The position numbers and the translations under genes are program-made. A stretch of 64,000 bases of DNA, taken from NCBI GenBank assembly GCA_951406725.2, contig OX597820.1, positions 46,748,001 through 46,812,000 on the forward strand, in the 5' to 3' direction. The DNA comes from Octopus vulgaris. Lineage: Eukaryota. The notes under the pieces were generated by a model, which saw nothing but the letters and a program-made list of their open reading frames with translations, was not told the DNA's origin and ran no database searches. Every line of letters begins with the position of its first letter. Position 1 is the stretch's first letter. Positions 37,357 to 51,502 of this stretch are shown here, in pieces.

Positions 37357-39371
37357 CAGACATGCCTCACCTTACGTCGTTAATTGGTTCCAGGAGACAC
37401 GACTTAAATCGAAAAACGACTTAAGTCGAATTAATTTGTCTCTAGGCTAGGCTAGGCCAAATTTACTTTACGGCTAAACCGATAAGGACCATTCCCAGTT
37501 CTGTATTTTATTTATGAATGCATTTTCAATAATACATGGTTAATAAAAACTTATTTTAAGCTTACAAACAAATGATTTTTATTTTTTAATACAGTACAGT
37601 AAAAAAAATATATATAATCTAAATTTACAAATACAATTTGGCGGTATTTACCGTACGTCGCGGACGCTTTATTTATGAACGCAGTTTGCAATAAAATATG
37701 GAAAAATAAAAGCCTTTTTTTAAGCTTAAAAAATAAATTCAGTTATTATTATTATTTTGCAATAGTAAAAAAAAACAAAATAATTTAAAATTTATCATTA
37801 TGGTAAATTTGATTTGGTGATTTACATCGCGGATGTAGATGGCTGTGGATCGTCAACATCAACAGCTGACTCTGGCTGTTCTTGTTTTTCGATGCGCTTA
37901 AAAAACCGGTTGAGAGTTCCTTGAACTGTCTTCATCTTACCTCAAGGATTAGATTATAAGGAGCAAAAGCTTCGTGACAAGTCCCCATAATCTTGAAAAA
38001 GCGTTGAGCATTTGGATCCATATCTTCGAACATAGAAAGACCTTTTTCGATATCTGCATTTTTTTTTAATGGTAAAATGACGTGGCTCAGGTTCGACTTA
38101 ATCTTCTTCTTTATTTTGCTGCTCATGAAGCCCTATCAAATCCTCATTCGTCAAGGGCTGCTTGTCTTTTTCAAATAAATCTGTGAAATCCTCCTCCTCC
38201 AAATCCATTTCCAGTTTGCTCGTAGTCACCAACGTTTTGTTGATGGCAACATTATCAAACTGCTTAAAATCATTCGAGAATTGCGGGCAAAGCTTCTCCC
38301 ATACACCATTCATAGCCGTGCTCTGTACATCATTCCCTGCCGCTGCTATGTTTTGTACAGCCTTATAGATATCGTATGTCTTCCAAAAGGCACGAAGTGT
38401 GATAGACTCATCAAGATCAGTTGCAGCTATTGCTTGCCGCAGCGTACGCTTCATATAGTAACGCTTAATTAAAGATAATTATTCTCTGATCCATTGACTG
38501 CAGAAGAGACGTGGTGTTCGGAGAGTTGAGGTCAAAATCGATGATGTTATGCTGGTGGCCAGGAGCATTATCTAAGATAAGTAAAACCTTAAAAGGAATT
38601 CCCTTCTCCTTACAGTACTTCTCTTCTGTTGGGATAAAACGTTTGAAGAACCAGTCTTCAAAAACAACAGTAACCCATGCTTTTGAATTAGACACCCAGA
38701 TAACAGGGAGAGAGGCCTTGGGTATGTGCTTCAGGGCACGCGGGTTGTGTGCATGATACACAAGTAATGGCTTTAACTTAAAATCTCCTGCACAATTATC
38801 TCCCAATATAATGGTCACACGTTCTTTTGTGATCCTGTAGCCTGGAATAGTTTTCTCCTCCTAGAAAATGAAGGAACGGTCAGGCAATTTTTCCCCAATA
38901 CAATCCAGTTTCGTCTACGTTAAAAGCACACATAGCACATTCACTATGAATTTTCTTAAAATGAGAAAATAGCCGATAAACAGTCGTAAAAAATCTGAAT
39001 TCAAAATAATCACGGGAATCATGAGTGACAATGACGCCTAACGGTAGATAAATAAGACAACACAGCTGATTTTATGATTTTGTTTACTAAGCTACACTAC
39101 TTTATGGTGTGTATCTTAACATTTACTGTATGTATTTTAAAATGATTTTATATGCTTTTATTCTCATTTATTGTACAATAACATGATTTTATGTGCCTTT
39201 AACGGTTTTCTAGTGATTTAACGATTCCAATAGTTGTGACGGACAGACGTAAAATCGAGTAAAATGACTTGACTTGATTTTTATTTTTCCATATATTATT
39301 TTTGAAAACCGACATATAATCGAAAACGACTTAAATCGAAACGATTTAAGTCCTACATCGAGGTATACCTA
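37357..39371 (-). mobile_element. Internally deleted Tigger/pogo DNA transposon
   Basis: Termini cagacatgcctcac / cgaggtatacct; minus-strand FNVDETGLYW, AGDFKLKPLLVYHAHNPRALK, WVSNSKAWVT, LLILDNAPGH and PNTTSLLQSMDQ (DDE_1 domain); the N-terminal HTH appears to be missing. Confidence 0.92.
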
Positions 39372-40313
39372 TATAATCTTTTCTCGTTGGACTGCGGCTA
39401 TACTGGTGTTTAATCAAAGAAATCGACTGCAGTGTGCCGAACCGCTAAGTTACGGGGACAAACTAATACCGGCTGTCAAGAGGTGGAGACGAAGTTGACA
39501 ATCACAGATACACACACACACACACACACACGAACGCATACACACACGTGCGCGCGCACACACCCTGGGCTTCCTCGCAATTTCCGTCCACTAAAGTCAC
39601 TCGCAAGACATTGGTTGGCTCGGGGCTACAATAGAAGAAACTCGCCCAAGAGTGGTTTCGGGACTGAGCCCGAAACCACTCCGTTGCAAAATGTTTCACT
39701 GTTTGATTTATTTTAAAATAACCTGACTAAAATCAGTTTCATTGAAAAATGTGCGATTTATTGCCTTGTTATGTTCGCTTTCACGCTAATTTATATCTTG
39801 TGGAGTGGAGAAAGTCGATTGTATTGATCCTGCTGCTTACTATGAAAACTTTCACATTGCTATATTATAGTTACACGAGTTTTCTGAGACTTTACATTCA
39901 TACTACAAATTTTAGCTGCAATAAAAAACCTCAGAGCAGGCAATAAAATGTATTTTCTTGAATAAAAATGACTTTCGTCTGACTGTTTAAGTATATAAAG
40001 CATTTTGATGGAGATTTACGACATGCAACTGTTGCTAAAACGAATATCCATTTCCAAACTTAAAACTAATAATTACCTCAATTTAGCAACGTTGTAAGTC
40101 AATTTTCCGAACTTCGTGTATTAATGATGGCTGACAAAGTGAAATAAACTACACTGGATCTATGTAAATTAGCGAAAGGTAAACGTAATAGGTAACGACC
40201 GACAATAATTATGAAATCTGAAATTGTGTAAAATGAATTTTATTAATTTATTTAATTGGTAAACAAAAATATAAAATTGTTAAACGCAAATAATCTCCAA
40301 TACATTTCATAAA

Positions 40314-40622
40314 GTGGAGGCGCAATGGCCGCGGACTCGCAAGTCGGAGGATCGCGGTTTCGATTCCCAGATTTGGCGATGTGTGTGTTTATTGAGCGAA
40401 AACACCTAAAAGCTCCACGAGGCTCCGGCAGTGGGTGGTGGTGACCCCTGTTGTACTCTTTCGCCCCAACTTTCTCTCGCTCTTTCTTCCTGTTTCTTGA
40501 GTAACGCTGCGATGGACTATCGTCCCCCGTCCAGCTGGGAGGAACACATACGCCATAGAAACCGGGAAACCGGGCTCATGAGCCTGGCTAGGCTTGAAAA
40601 GGGCGCAAAGAAGAAAGAAGAA
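40314..40622 (+). mobile_element. SINE family C
   Basis: gtggaggcgcaatggcc...ggtttcgattcccaga head; TSD acatttcataaa. Confidence 0.85.
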
Positions 40623-40896
40623 AACATTTCATAAATGTCGTGAAAACGTTCTATTTGTGTGGTTGAGATCTGATAAACTATTAAACTTTCAATAGATTGT
40701 TTCAATACAGTTTTTCTTTGTGGGTGTGTAGGGGACTCTGTGTGGGGGTGGGGTGGGGGGTATCTGGGAGTGTGTGTTTATTGGGGGGGGGGGCATGTGT
40801 GTTCGTAGTGTGTGAGTGTGTTCGGTGTATGTGTGGTAGTTTGTACGTGCGTGCGCGTAGTCAATGTTTATGTGGTAGTTTGTGCGTATGCGCGTA

Positions 40897-40932
<36 letters not shown>

Positions 40933-41352
40933 CATGCCCGTCGCTAAGGAGGTGCACTGTCCCGTCACTATTCAATGGTGTACCTCAAATTTACTCCACT
41001 TTAGTGACTTCACTTTAGCTTTATCACAAATTAGTGCCCACCCAGAATATTCTGAAGCACCCCCAGGCACCCAAGTGTGACGATGGGCCTGGAGTGGATT
41101 AAGGCGGCGAGCTGGCAGAACCGTTAGCACGCCGGGCGAAATGCGTAGCCGTATTTCGTCTGCCGTTATGTTCTGAGTTCAAATTCCGCTGAGGTCGACT
41201 TTACTTTTCATCCTTTCGGGGTCAATAAATAAAGTACCAGTTACGCACTGGGGTCGATGTAATCGACTTAATCCGTTTGTCTGTCCTTGTTTGTCCCCTC
41301 TGTGTTTAGCCCCTTGTGGGTAATAAAGAAACAGATGGGACCTGGAGTGGAT
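40933..41352. mobile_element. hAT-like MITE (40933-41091) followed by a family A SINE (41102-41332) with TSD
   Basis: catgcccgtcgc...gacgatgggcctg termini; gatggg(a)cctggagtggat duplicated on both sides of the SINE. Confidence 0.7.
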
Positions 41353-42056
41353 ATAGTATGTATGTCTGTAAGCGTGTGATCAAGGGCATTGCTGTGTGTA
41401 CGCGCGCGCGTATAGTGTGTCTCAGCATATGATCAAACGCATTGCTGATTATTAACAATTCTTTACCTTCCTCTTTAAATTCAATACAGTTTGTTTTACT
41501 TTGGCCGCTAACTTATTTGTACCAAGTCCGAAAGATCTCTACATCTCTATTTTAAGAACCAGGTTTTGAACACTGAGCTATTTTCTGCATTGATTTTTAT
41601 ATTATTGCAATAATACCAATAGACGTGAGAGGTCGTTGTGCTCAGCTGTGTCTATATTTCATGCACACAAACACACACACACACACACATTTCCTGAGTC
41701 AATGAAAGTGCTAAACAAGTCTTCAGATCGATAATTGACTAAGTGGCATATTGCAGGTTGTTATTACAGAATGTATTGTAAATATTCAATATTAATATCA
41801 CCATACAACTGTGCTTGTAGGTGTGTCTGTGTTGTGTGGTAAGGAGTTTGCCTCCCGGCCACATGGTTCCTAGTTCGGTTCCACTGCATGATGACACCTT
41901 GGGCCCTGGGCAAGTATCTTTTACTAAAGACCTGGCATGATTAAAGCCTTGTGCGGAAACCGAAATGAAACCCGTCATATGTATATGTGACCGCGTGTGT
42001 ATCGTTGGCGATTTTCTTTCACCGTCTTCCCTTCCTTGGACCTTTCCTTTTTCTAT

Positions 42057-42091
42057 GTTTCTGACGAAGAGCTCCGCTCGAAATGTTAAAT
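42057..42091 (+). ncRNA. Minimal type I hammerhead motif in a Penelope-type fragment (about 41990-42180)
   Basis: gttt-CTGACGA-a-gagc tcc gctc-GAAA-tgtt-aaat; the fragment ends in (TA)n and sits within a family B SINE. Confidence 0.65.
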
Positions 42092-42176
42092 CCTTCTTCT
42101 TTCTTTCTTTGCCTGAGCGTCCAATAACATTATACTTGTTCCACGTCCTCGCGTTGTTGTGTTTTCATGCTTGGAT

Positions 42177-42214
<38 letters not shown>

Positions 42215-42223
42215 CATACATAC

Positions 42224-42255
<32 letters not shown>

Positions 42256-42835
42256 TTGTCCCCTACCACTGCTTGACAACCAGTCTTGGTTTGTTTACAT
42301 CCCCTAACTTAGTGGTTAGGTAAAAAGCGGCCGATATGATAAGTACCAAGCTTTAAAAATAAGGAAGTGCTGAAATCGATGTCTTCGACCGAATCTTTCA
42401 AGAAATGAGCAAACGGTGAAATGTAACTATAAACATATAAACAGTGGACCGTTTCTTTACATAATACGGCTTCTAACTGACTTAAGTTTTGTTTCTGAGG
42501 ATGTTTTATTAGATTTGAAAACAAATTACCGTTTACTTGCTTCAGTCATTAGACAGCAGTTATGCCGTGGAACCACTGTGAGGTCAAACAAATCGTCCCC
42601 AGTAATTATTTTTTTAATGTTTGGTACCTATTCTGTCGGTTCTCTTTTGCCAAACCGCTAAGTTGCATGGACGTAAACAAGCCAACACCGGCTGTCAAGC
42701 GGTATGTGGGGTGTGTGCTAACACAAACACAAAACCACACATACACACATACACACACACATACATACATACATGCATACATACATACATACATATGCAC
42801 ACACACACGCATACATACATACATACATACATACA

Positions 42836-42863
<28 letters not shown>

Positions 42864-42866
<3 letters not shown>

Positions 42867-43095
42867 TGGGGCACTGGGATATGTAACACACTACCTAGAT
42901 GCCAATCTAGAAAAATTAGGTTTCTCAGAACCAGAAAGGAGAAAGGTGATTCGAAGACAGCAGATTCAAGCCATCACTGGAAGTGTAAAAACCTGTAAAA
43001 CTTTCCAGAAGTTTATCATTCAAGCATATATAGCATGTCTAGACATGCAACTATATGCATGAGAGTACATACATTAAACAAAACATACAAATCTG
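42864..43095 (+). mobile_element. 3' end of an R4/Dong-like RLE non-LTR retrotransposon in (ACAT)n
   Basis: IGALGYVTHYLDANLEKLGF...IRRQQIQAITGSVKTCKTFQKF, typical of the RLE C-terminus; ACAT repeats on both sides. Confidence 0.7.
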
Positions 43096-43164
43096 CACAC
43101 ATACATACATACATACATACATACATACATACATACATACATACATACATACATACATACATAC

Positions 43165-43335
43165 ATTAGAAGTGCAATCTGTGAGTGAAACAGTGAAAAT
43201 ATGCAAGACTTTTCTCAAGTTCCAAATGTGAATTTGTCCGTGTTAACTACATCCCGAAGATGGAGCCTTATAACTTTGCTGGAAGCTGGCTCCCTCCTCA
43301 GTGGAAGACTTATAACAATTAAATAATAGAAGAGA
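43165..43335 (+). mobile_element. Second, distinct R4/Dong-like 3' end in (ACAT)n
   Basis: LEVQSVSETVKICKTFLKFQM* plus a short 3' UTR; ACAT repeats on both sides. Confidence 0.55.
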
Positions 43336-43365
43336 CATACATACATACATACATACATACATACA

Positions 43366-43396
<31 letters not shown>

Positions 43397-44711
43397 GACG
43401 GACCTTCGCACAGATTTTTGTCTATCAAATTTGTTCACAAGGTATCATTGGTCAGTCTAGGTCTATATAAAGCAGAAGACATGTATCCAAGGTGCTGCAG
43501 AGCGAGATTGAACCCGAAACCGCGTGGTCTTCAAAGCAAGCTTCTTAACCACACACACATACTTTCACATGTGTGACAGAAAAAGGTACACAAATATTTA
43601 TTAATAAAAAATATTTAGCGAATAGGTCACAGTTATCATAAGTTTTTACACTTATGTAAGAAATTAATGATCTCTTCGACTTGATTAATGCACAATGCCT
43701 GATTTTATTGAAAACCACCCGTGACTCGTTGGGTCACCGGGAAACTCTGAGTTTCCCAGCAACGTAGTTTTGTTTCGTTGGGTTTATTTTTTCTTTACCG
43801 TGTTATTCCGCATGCTTTCAATAAATGTGACATCGAAATCACGCGTAAACGGCTCCTTTCCCCAGAAAAGGAAAGATTTTACTGTTATTTCTTGCACGCC
43901 CTGCTGCCACATAACAGATATAGCTGTTACATAGTAGCAGAGCGTGCTAGAAATAGCAGCCAAATCTTTGTAGGTGAGATACTCGTAAAATCCCAATGGA
44001 AAAACATATTTCACCCCGAGGTTACGAACGGGTCTTTTACGAAATATTTACCGTATTTTTAGTCATTTTCACTTTAAAATACTTTTTAAATATGCCAAAA
44101 AAAGATTTTTTTGTAATGGTATTCAGTTGAAAATAATTTTAAAAACATTAAAATATTGTCTGTTTAAAGAAAGCTAAAAAATAAATACTTACTGTACAAA
44201 TAACTTACGTTTTTGAAATCACATTCACTTAAAAATATTTCTAAATGTTTAAGATATTGTGCTTAACAAAAGCAAAAATAATAGAAAAATTCACTGTAAA
44301 AAAAAACAACCCGTATTTTTTCATTGTTAAGTCACTGTGCTTAATCGAAAGATAAGACTGTCTTCCTTTCAGAATTAAGATTATTTTCGGAATATTTCCC
44401 CATTATGCCCCTCTATCTTAAAAACCACTTATCTGATTTACGCGAAACTTGTTTCATTCTGTTTGTATTAACACTTCAGGGTAAACTTAATTCATAGTAT
44501 TTTCCCATTATGTGCTAGTTTGGCTGGGTAACATTGCAAGCAAGCAAGATTTAATCTGACTTTTAATGTATTATAGGTTCAAGCACAGATGTAATTTTGC
44601 ATGCTAATGATGCAAACTTTAACCATATTTGTGAAACAATTTTTGATTTTAGCCTATAAGTTTGATCTTTTCTCGATATTTCGGCAATTAGTAATTTATT
44701 TATACAGACAC

Positions 44712-44857
44712 AAGCGTAGCTGTGTGGTTCAGTCCCATTGTTTGGTACCTTGGGCAAATATTTTCTACTATAGCCTTGGGCCGACCAAAGCCTTGTGAGT
44801 GGATTTGGTAGATGGAAACTGAGAGAAATCTGTCGTATCTCTCTTCCTCCCTCCCGC

Positions 44858-44910
<53 letters not shown>

Positions 44911-44911
44911 A

Positions 44912-44974
<63 letters not shown>

Positions 44975-44993
44975 GTGTGTCTGTCTGTCTGTC

Positions 44994-45045
<52 letters not shown>

Positions 45046-45260
45046 TGTGTGTCTGTGTTTGTCCCCAACCACTGCTTGACAACCAATGTCGATGGGTATA
45101 CGTTCCCGTAACTTAGCGGTTCGGCAAAAGAAATCGATACAGCAATTACTAGGCTTATCAAAAAGTAAGTACTGGAGTCGAATAATTCAATTAAAAATTC
45201 TTCAGGGCGGTGCCACTGCATGACCGCAGTCTAATCACTGAAACAAATAACAGATAAAAG
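44712..45260 (+). mobile_element. SINE family B with a compound (CTAT)(CTGT)(GT) microsatellite
   Basis: Family B head and tail flank the microsatellite at about 44858-45060. Confidence 0.85.
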
Positions 45261-46043
45261 ATATGTTCCCATAGAAACTGATGGATATAGCCATGAGGTT
45301 AGGTTTAGGGTTAGAGTTAATATTTCCTGTCCATCGCAAAATTTCATTACTTTGTTAATTCATTTTCTTTCTTTTTCCTTCATTAAACATTTTCATCTCT
45401 AAAAGTTTTCAAATGTTTTTTTTTTTTAATATTTATCTCAAAATCCTGTCGAGGTCGATAAAATAAGTAAAAGTTGAACACTGGGGTTGATTTAATAGAC
45501 CTACCCCGCCTTAGAAATTGCTGACCTTGGGATCTTTACCTTTTGACCGACAGATTTAAAAAATAATTTTCTGTAACTAAACACTTTCAAATTTCGTATA
45601 CTTGTAGAATGTGTCACATAAAACATCTTTTACTCTTGGTTGAGAAAATTCTGTATTTTGGAAGTTATTTCTTGTTAAAGCTGTCGTATTTCGGTAATTT
45701 CAACCAATTAATGACGTGTATTCAGCTGAATAAAATTACTGCTGTTGTTTGTCAACAACTTCCGGCGGTGTATATTTGACCTTGTGCCAAAATTTGAAAC
45801 CAGTATTAATTTCAAAATAAATAAATAAGCTATGACTGCCATAAAATCGTACTTCTTGTATGAAACCGAAGGGTAGAGTGGGAAGATATTGCCCAATGTT
45901 GGGAAAGTCATTGGAAAACAAGTCTAAGTGAAAAGAAGTAGGAACAGGCGTTTATTGAGAAAAAGGGGAAGGAATTCTTTATAGAGAGAGGAAGAGTAAA
46001 ATAATGATGTGTGAATGGATTTGTAATAATAATGAAAGAGTGT

Positions 46044-46440
46044 AAGGCGGCGAGCTGGCAGAAACGTTAGCACGCCGGGCGAAATGCTTACCGGTATTTT
46101 GTGTGCCGCTACGTTCTGAGTTCAAATTCCGCCGAGGTCGACTTTGCCTTTCATCCTTTCGGGGTCGATAAATTAAGTACCAGTTACGCACTGGGGTCGA
46201 TATAATCGACTTAATCCGTTTGTCTGTCTTTGTTTGTCCTCTCTGTGTTTACCCCCTTGTGGGTAGTAAAGAAATAGGTATTTCGTCTGTCTTTACGTTC
46301 AGAGTTCAAATTCGGTCGAGGTCAACTTTGCCTTTTATCCTTTCGGTGTCGATAAATTAAGTACCAGTTACGTACTAGAGCCGATCTAATCGACTGGCCC
46401 CTTCCCCAAAAGTTTCGGGCCTTGTGCCAATAGTAGAAAT
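46044..46440 (+). mobile_element. SINE family A dimer
   Basis: Two cores joined at gtaaagaaata|ggtatttcgtctg; aataatgaaagagtgt duplicated on both flanks. Confidence 0.85.
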
Positions 46441-47689
46441 GAATAATGAAAGAGTGTGAGGATATGAGTTTAAGAATGAGGAAGAGAATTGACAACGTTA
46501 AATATACATCTAACTGCAAGACAAAAACATTTCCAGTCATTAGAAACTCTTTGACTTGAAAATACTGAAGGGAAGGCGAAGATCATCGAAAGAAATCTAC
46601 ATTCGAGGTGAATTGCAGAAAAAGAAGAAAAGAAAAGTTGCATAACAACGAGAAACAAGAAGAAACGGAAGCACGACCCGAATAAGAAAAACTGGAAGAA
46701 ATCAAAATATAAAAAAAAAAACAAGAAGAAAATGGAGCAAGGTTTCAAGCAAAAAAAAGCATTAAGGATTTCTGAAAGAAGAGAAAATGATAGAGTGATT
46801 GAGAATGTGGTGACAAATGTGGCGACAGACGACAGGATAATATATAGTAAGAAAGTATCTGGTGACAAACTACTGCGGAGAATTTAGTAACAAAGAAAAT
46901 TGAAAGAGATTAGAAACATATTTGGTGACAGACGACAGCATAAAATGCAGTAGGAAAGTATTTGATGACAGATGAGTGAAGACGATACAGCACGGGGGAA
47001 AAAGTATAAGAATGTATGGTATTCAATAACTTAAGAACATAGCATGAGAGAGAGAGAGAGAGACCAAGCATTATTGTGACAGATGACCAGGAAACGTAAT
47101 ATTTTCAGTCATGTATTGGTAATCTTTCTATATCTCCATACAATTTCTCTAAAAGTCGTTTGTATAATTTATTTCGTACTCAAATATACCTGATCATTTC
47201 TTTTTTACCGGAACTACGCTATTTTTTAAATACATTTCATAACTTTGTTGTTTAGGCACAAGTCTATACTGATTGAGTAGACCTATGATCAAAAGCCTCC
47301 CAACCAAAATGATCTCATCTTTTTACAAGAATTCCAAGTTGTACATTATCCATTATGTGCCCTTCATGTTCTTAAGGCAGCGAAGGGTGATTTGTGAGAG
47401 ATTTTACTATTTTTAGCAGTTTGAGCGATCACTTAGATTCCTTTGTGTCATGAAATTTTTTTCCATGCAGAACTGTTGGTTTGTTATTCTCGTCATTGTC
47501 GTCATCGTTTCAATGTTCACGTTGCCCTGTTGATATGGGTTGGACAGAATTTTTTCAATGTTTTACCAAGGCTTTCCGATCTTTTCTGTTTGGCTTCCAC
47601 TTTTCTATTTCTTCAATTTCTGCTCAAATTGATTTCATATTTGGTATATTGGTGTAGTTTTGTATTGTAATCATTGACGTGAGATTCAT

Positions 47690-48270
47690 TTTCGCCATAA
47701 ATCAATAAATAAAGAGCTAATAGCTCTTAAAGTTTGCAAATTTTGGGTAATTTTAACCAATCAAAAGCCATAGACATATAGGTGCATGTTTCCATAGTAA
47801 CAAGCCAAGCATTTTCGCTTATTGAATGCTTAAAACACTCGAGGTATGACGTGGTCGTGAGATGTACTAAAAATGATAACTAAAGAGGCCTTAAATCACG
47901 CACCAGTTTTTGTTTTCATAATCGAATGAATTTCTGTGTGTAGAATACAAATTCGCAAAAATCATCTGAAAAGTCCAAAATGTACAAAAAGTTACGAGGG
48001 CTTATGTTGTGTGCATAAAGCAGAATTCCGACAATATTTCATTTGATTACAGTTGACAACTCGAGCAGTCACGCACAAAATGACAGTTTCCAAATCCTGC
48101 TTTCTGACTGTATAAAAATTATCAAACTTTAAACCTCTGTAACTTGAGAAAAAAAATCTGGAAAAAGTGAATTAGCTCCCGAGATTCAGCGTGAAAAATT
48201 ACATCCATACACCAAATTTTTTAATTTTCAGTAAACTTTAAAATTTCCACAGGTGCTGCCAAACAGAAGA
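47690..48270. mobile_element. Inverted homolog of the 3593-4287 DNA element
   Basis: ctggaaaaagtgaa...gagattcagcgtgaaaaattacat...caccaaat is the reverse complement of about 3650-3715; gaggccttaaatcacgcacca matches about 3945-3966. Confidence 0.65.
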
Positions 48271-49077
48271 CATTCAAGCTTTCCTCTCTTTTTTACGCAT
48301 CATAATGCACTTTTTAAGCTAGTTCTTAAAACAGCTAACCAAAGAGAATTCCCTTAATTGGAACGAAGCAAGATTATGGAAAAGTCACATGGTTTGAACC
48401 TTTCCACAATCAAAGAAAAGGAATGTTGTCCTTTGGTTAAGCAAATCCGACGAGAATGGGATTGCGGTATTTTCAATAGCTCCATATGAATTACAAGCCT
48501 TTCAACAGCAATCTAGATACATATCTGAAATAATATGATTAGTAGTGATGGCCGTATTACCTTTGATCGTAGGTTTGCGGGATCAGGGCGTGGCTATGTG
48601 GTGAGAAGTTTGCTTCTGAAACACATGGTTCCAGGTTCAGTCCTACTGCACAGCTATTTGGGCAAGTATTTTCTACTAAAGCCTCGAGCCAACCAAAGCC
48701 TTGTGAATGGAATAGGTGGACGGAAACTGAAAGAAGTCCGCATATATATATATGTGTGTATGTGTTTGTGTGTGTGTGTGTGTCTACCATTACTTAATGT
48801 TGGTGTGTTTACGTGTCTATAACTTAGTGGTCGGCAAAAGATAACGATAAAATAACTACCAGGCTTTGAAAGAAAGTTAAGCACTGGAGGTCGATTCGTT
48901 CGACTAAGAATTCTTCAAGGCGGTACCCCCAGTAAAATATAAAAGACAGACAATACATAAGATTACGTCATAACCAATAAGTAAACATTTTAACGAATTA
49001 TTTTACCCCAACCTGCTTCTTTCTCTGTCTCTCTCTGTCTGTCTGTTTGTCTCTCTCTCTCCCTTTCTTTTTTATTC

Positions 49078-49660
49078 TTATTTCTTTACTACCCACAAGG
49101 GGCTAAACACAGAGGGGGCAAACAAGGGCAGACAAACGGATCAAGTCGATTATATCGATCCCAGTGCGCAACTGGTACTTAATTTATCGACCCCGAAAGG
49201 ATGAAAGGCAAAGTCGACCTCGGCGGCATTTGAACTCAGAACGTAACGTCAGACGAAATACCTATTTCTTTATTACCCACAAGGTGCTAAACATAGAGGG
49301 GACAAACAAGGACAGACATAGATATTAAGTCGATTACATCGACCCCAGTGTGTAACTGGTACTTAATTTATCGACCCTGAAAGGATGAAAGGCAAAGTCG
49401 ACCTCGGCGGCATTTGAACTCAGAACGTAACGTCAGACGAAATACCTATTTCTTTATTACCCACAAGGGGCTAAATATAGAAGAGACAAACATGGACAGA
49501 CATAGGTATTAAGTCGATTATATCGACCCCAGTGCTTAACTGGTATTTAATTTATAGACCCCGAAAATCCTCGGCGGAATTTGAACTCAGAACGTAACGT
49601 CAGACGAAATACCGCTGAGCATTTCGCCCGGCGTGCTAACCATTCTGCCAGCTCGCCGCC
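49078..49660 (-). mobile_element. SINE family A trimer (units of about 180 bp)
   Basis: Three head-to-tail units with one A-box head (ccattctgccagctcgccgcc at the right end). Confidence 0.88.
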
Positions 49661-50207
49661 TTTCTTCTTTATTCTGCTTGCATTCATCCTTTACTCAACG
49701 TGCTCTTTTTTTTAAAGATATCGCCTACTTATTTAACCTGCTCCTTTCTTCTTGCCGCTTTCAAGGAATCTCTGTTACGAATTAAGATTAATGTGATGTT
49801 TTATTTTTATTTATCCATTTATTTAATTAATTATGAAATTATTTGTATGTCTATTCTTGTCATGTGAATTATCAATTACATGGAGAATTACAAAACACAC
49901 CCAATCAACGACTTAAACTCTCTTGTCTTCTGAGGCGAAGGGTATCAATCTTGGTTCTCTTTCTTTCTTTCTTTCTTTCTTTTCTTTTCTTTTCTTCTCT
50001 TCTCTTGTCCGACTTATGAAAACTCAGACGTGTGTGTGTGTGTGTGTGCGTGCGGCGGGGGGGGGGGAACTTACCAACAGTTTTTGACATGTATACTGTT
50101 GAAATGTAGGTAATTAGCTTGATTTAATGCGTTTGAGATAAGTTCCAGAACGCACTCCTTATCTACAACCACTTGCAATATATATATAAATAATACGTAT
50201 GTGTGTG

Positions 50208-50335
<128 letters not shown>

Positions 50336-50386
50336 GTGATCCACTGATGATATATACATGTGTGGGTGTACGTATATATATATATA

Positions 50387-50438
<52 letters not shown>

Positions 50439-50439
<1 letters not shown>

Positions 50440-50798
50440 AAAATTTAGAAGACTGACCACTAAAAGTGGACAGCCTTTATGCTAGATATAAACGTCAACT
50501 CTCCATTTTCCACAAAGAATGTGTTCTCAAGAAATTGTGTTTTGCAAACGACAAACTATGCTGATGATCTTGCAGATGTTTGCGTAACCATATACGTAAA
50601 TATTAACAAGTGAAACTAATTAGTACATAGGTAATCGTTTTTTTATTTCGTATATTTTCATTCGTCTTGCTTATTTTTACACTTTAGTTCTTTGCTGAAT
50701 TTTTTTCTTGAGAACACATTCTTCTTGGAAAATGGCGAGTTGACGTCTATATTTAACATAAAGACTGTCCACTTTTAGTGTCAGTCTTCTAAATTTTG
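50439..50798. mobile_element. MITE with about 95-bp TIRs and TA TSD (Tc1/mariner-type)
   Basis: ta-caaaatttagaagactgaccactaaaagtggacag ... ctgtccacttttagtgtcagtcttctaaattttg-ta. Confidence 0.85.
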
Positions 50799-50902
50799 TA
50801 TGCAAAAAAAATTTTTAATCTTCGGATTTCTTAAAAAAAATATGCTAGGCCACTGGTTTTAATTGATTAATATCAATTTTACCCTTATTTAATTTATACA
50901 TA

Positions 50903-51500
<598 letters not shown>

Positions 51501-51502
51501 TT

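Noticed and set aside
46805-47090. Degenerate gtgacagacgac units at roughly 40-60 bp spacing
   Set aside because: Too decayed and irregular to define; probably an old minisatellite
49078-49660. Regularly spaced repeats suggesting a CRISPR array
   Set aside because: Whole units of about 180 bp are repeated with no unique spacers; they are SINE copies in eukaryotic DNA
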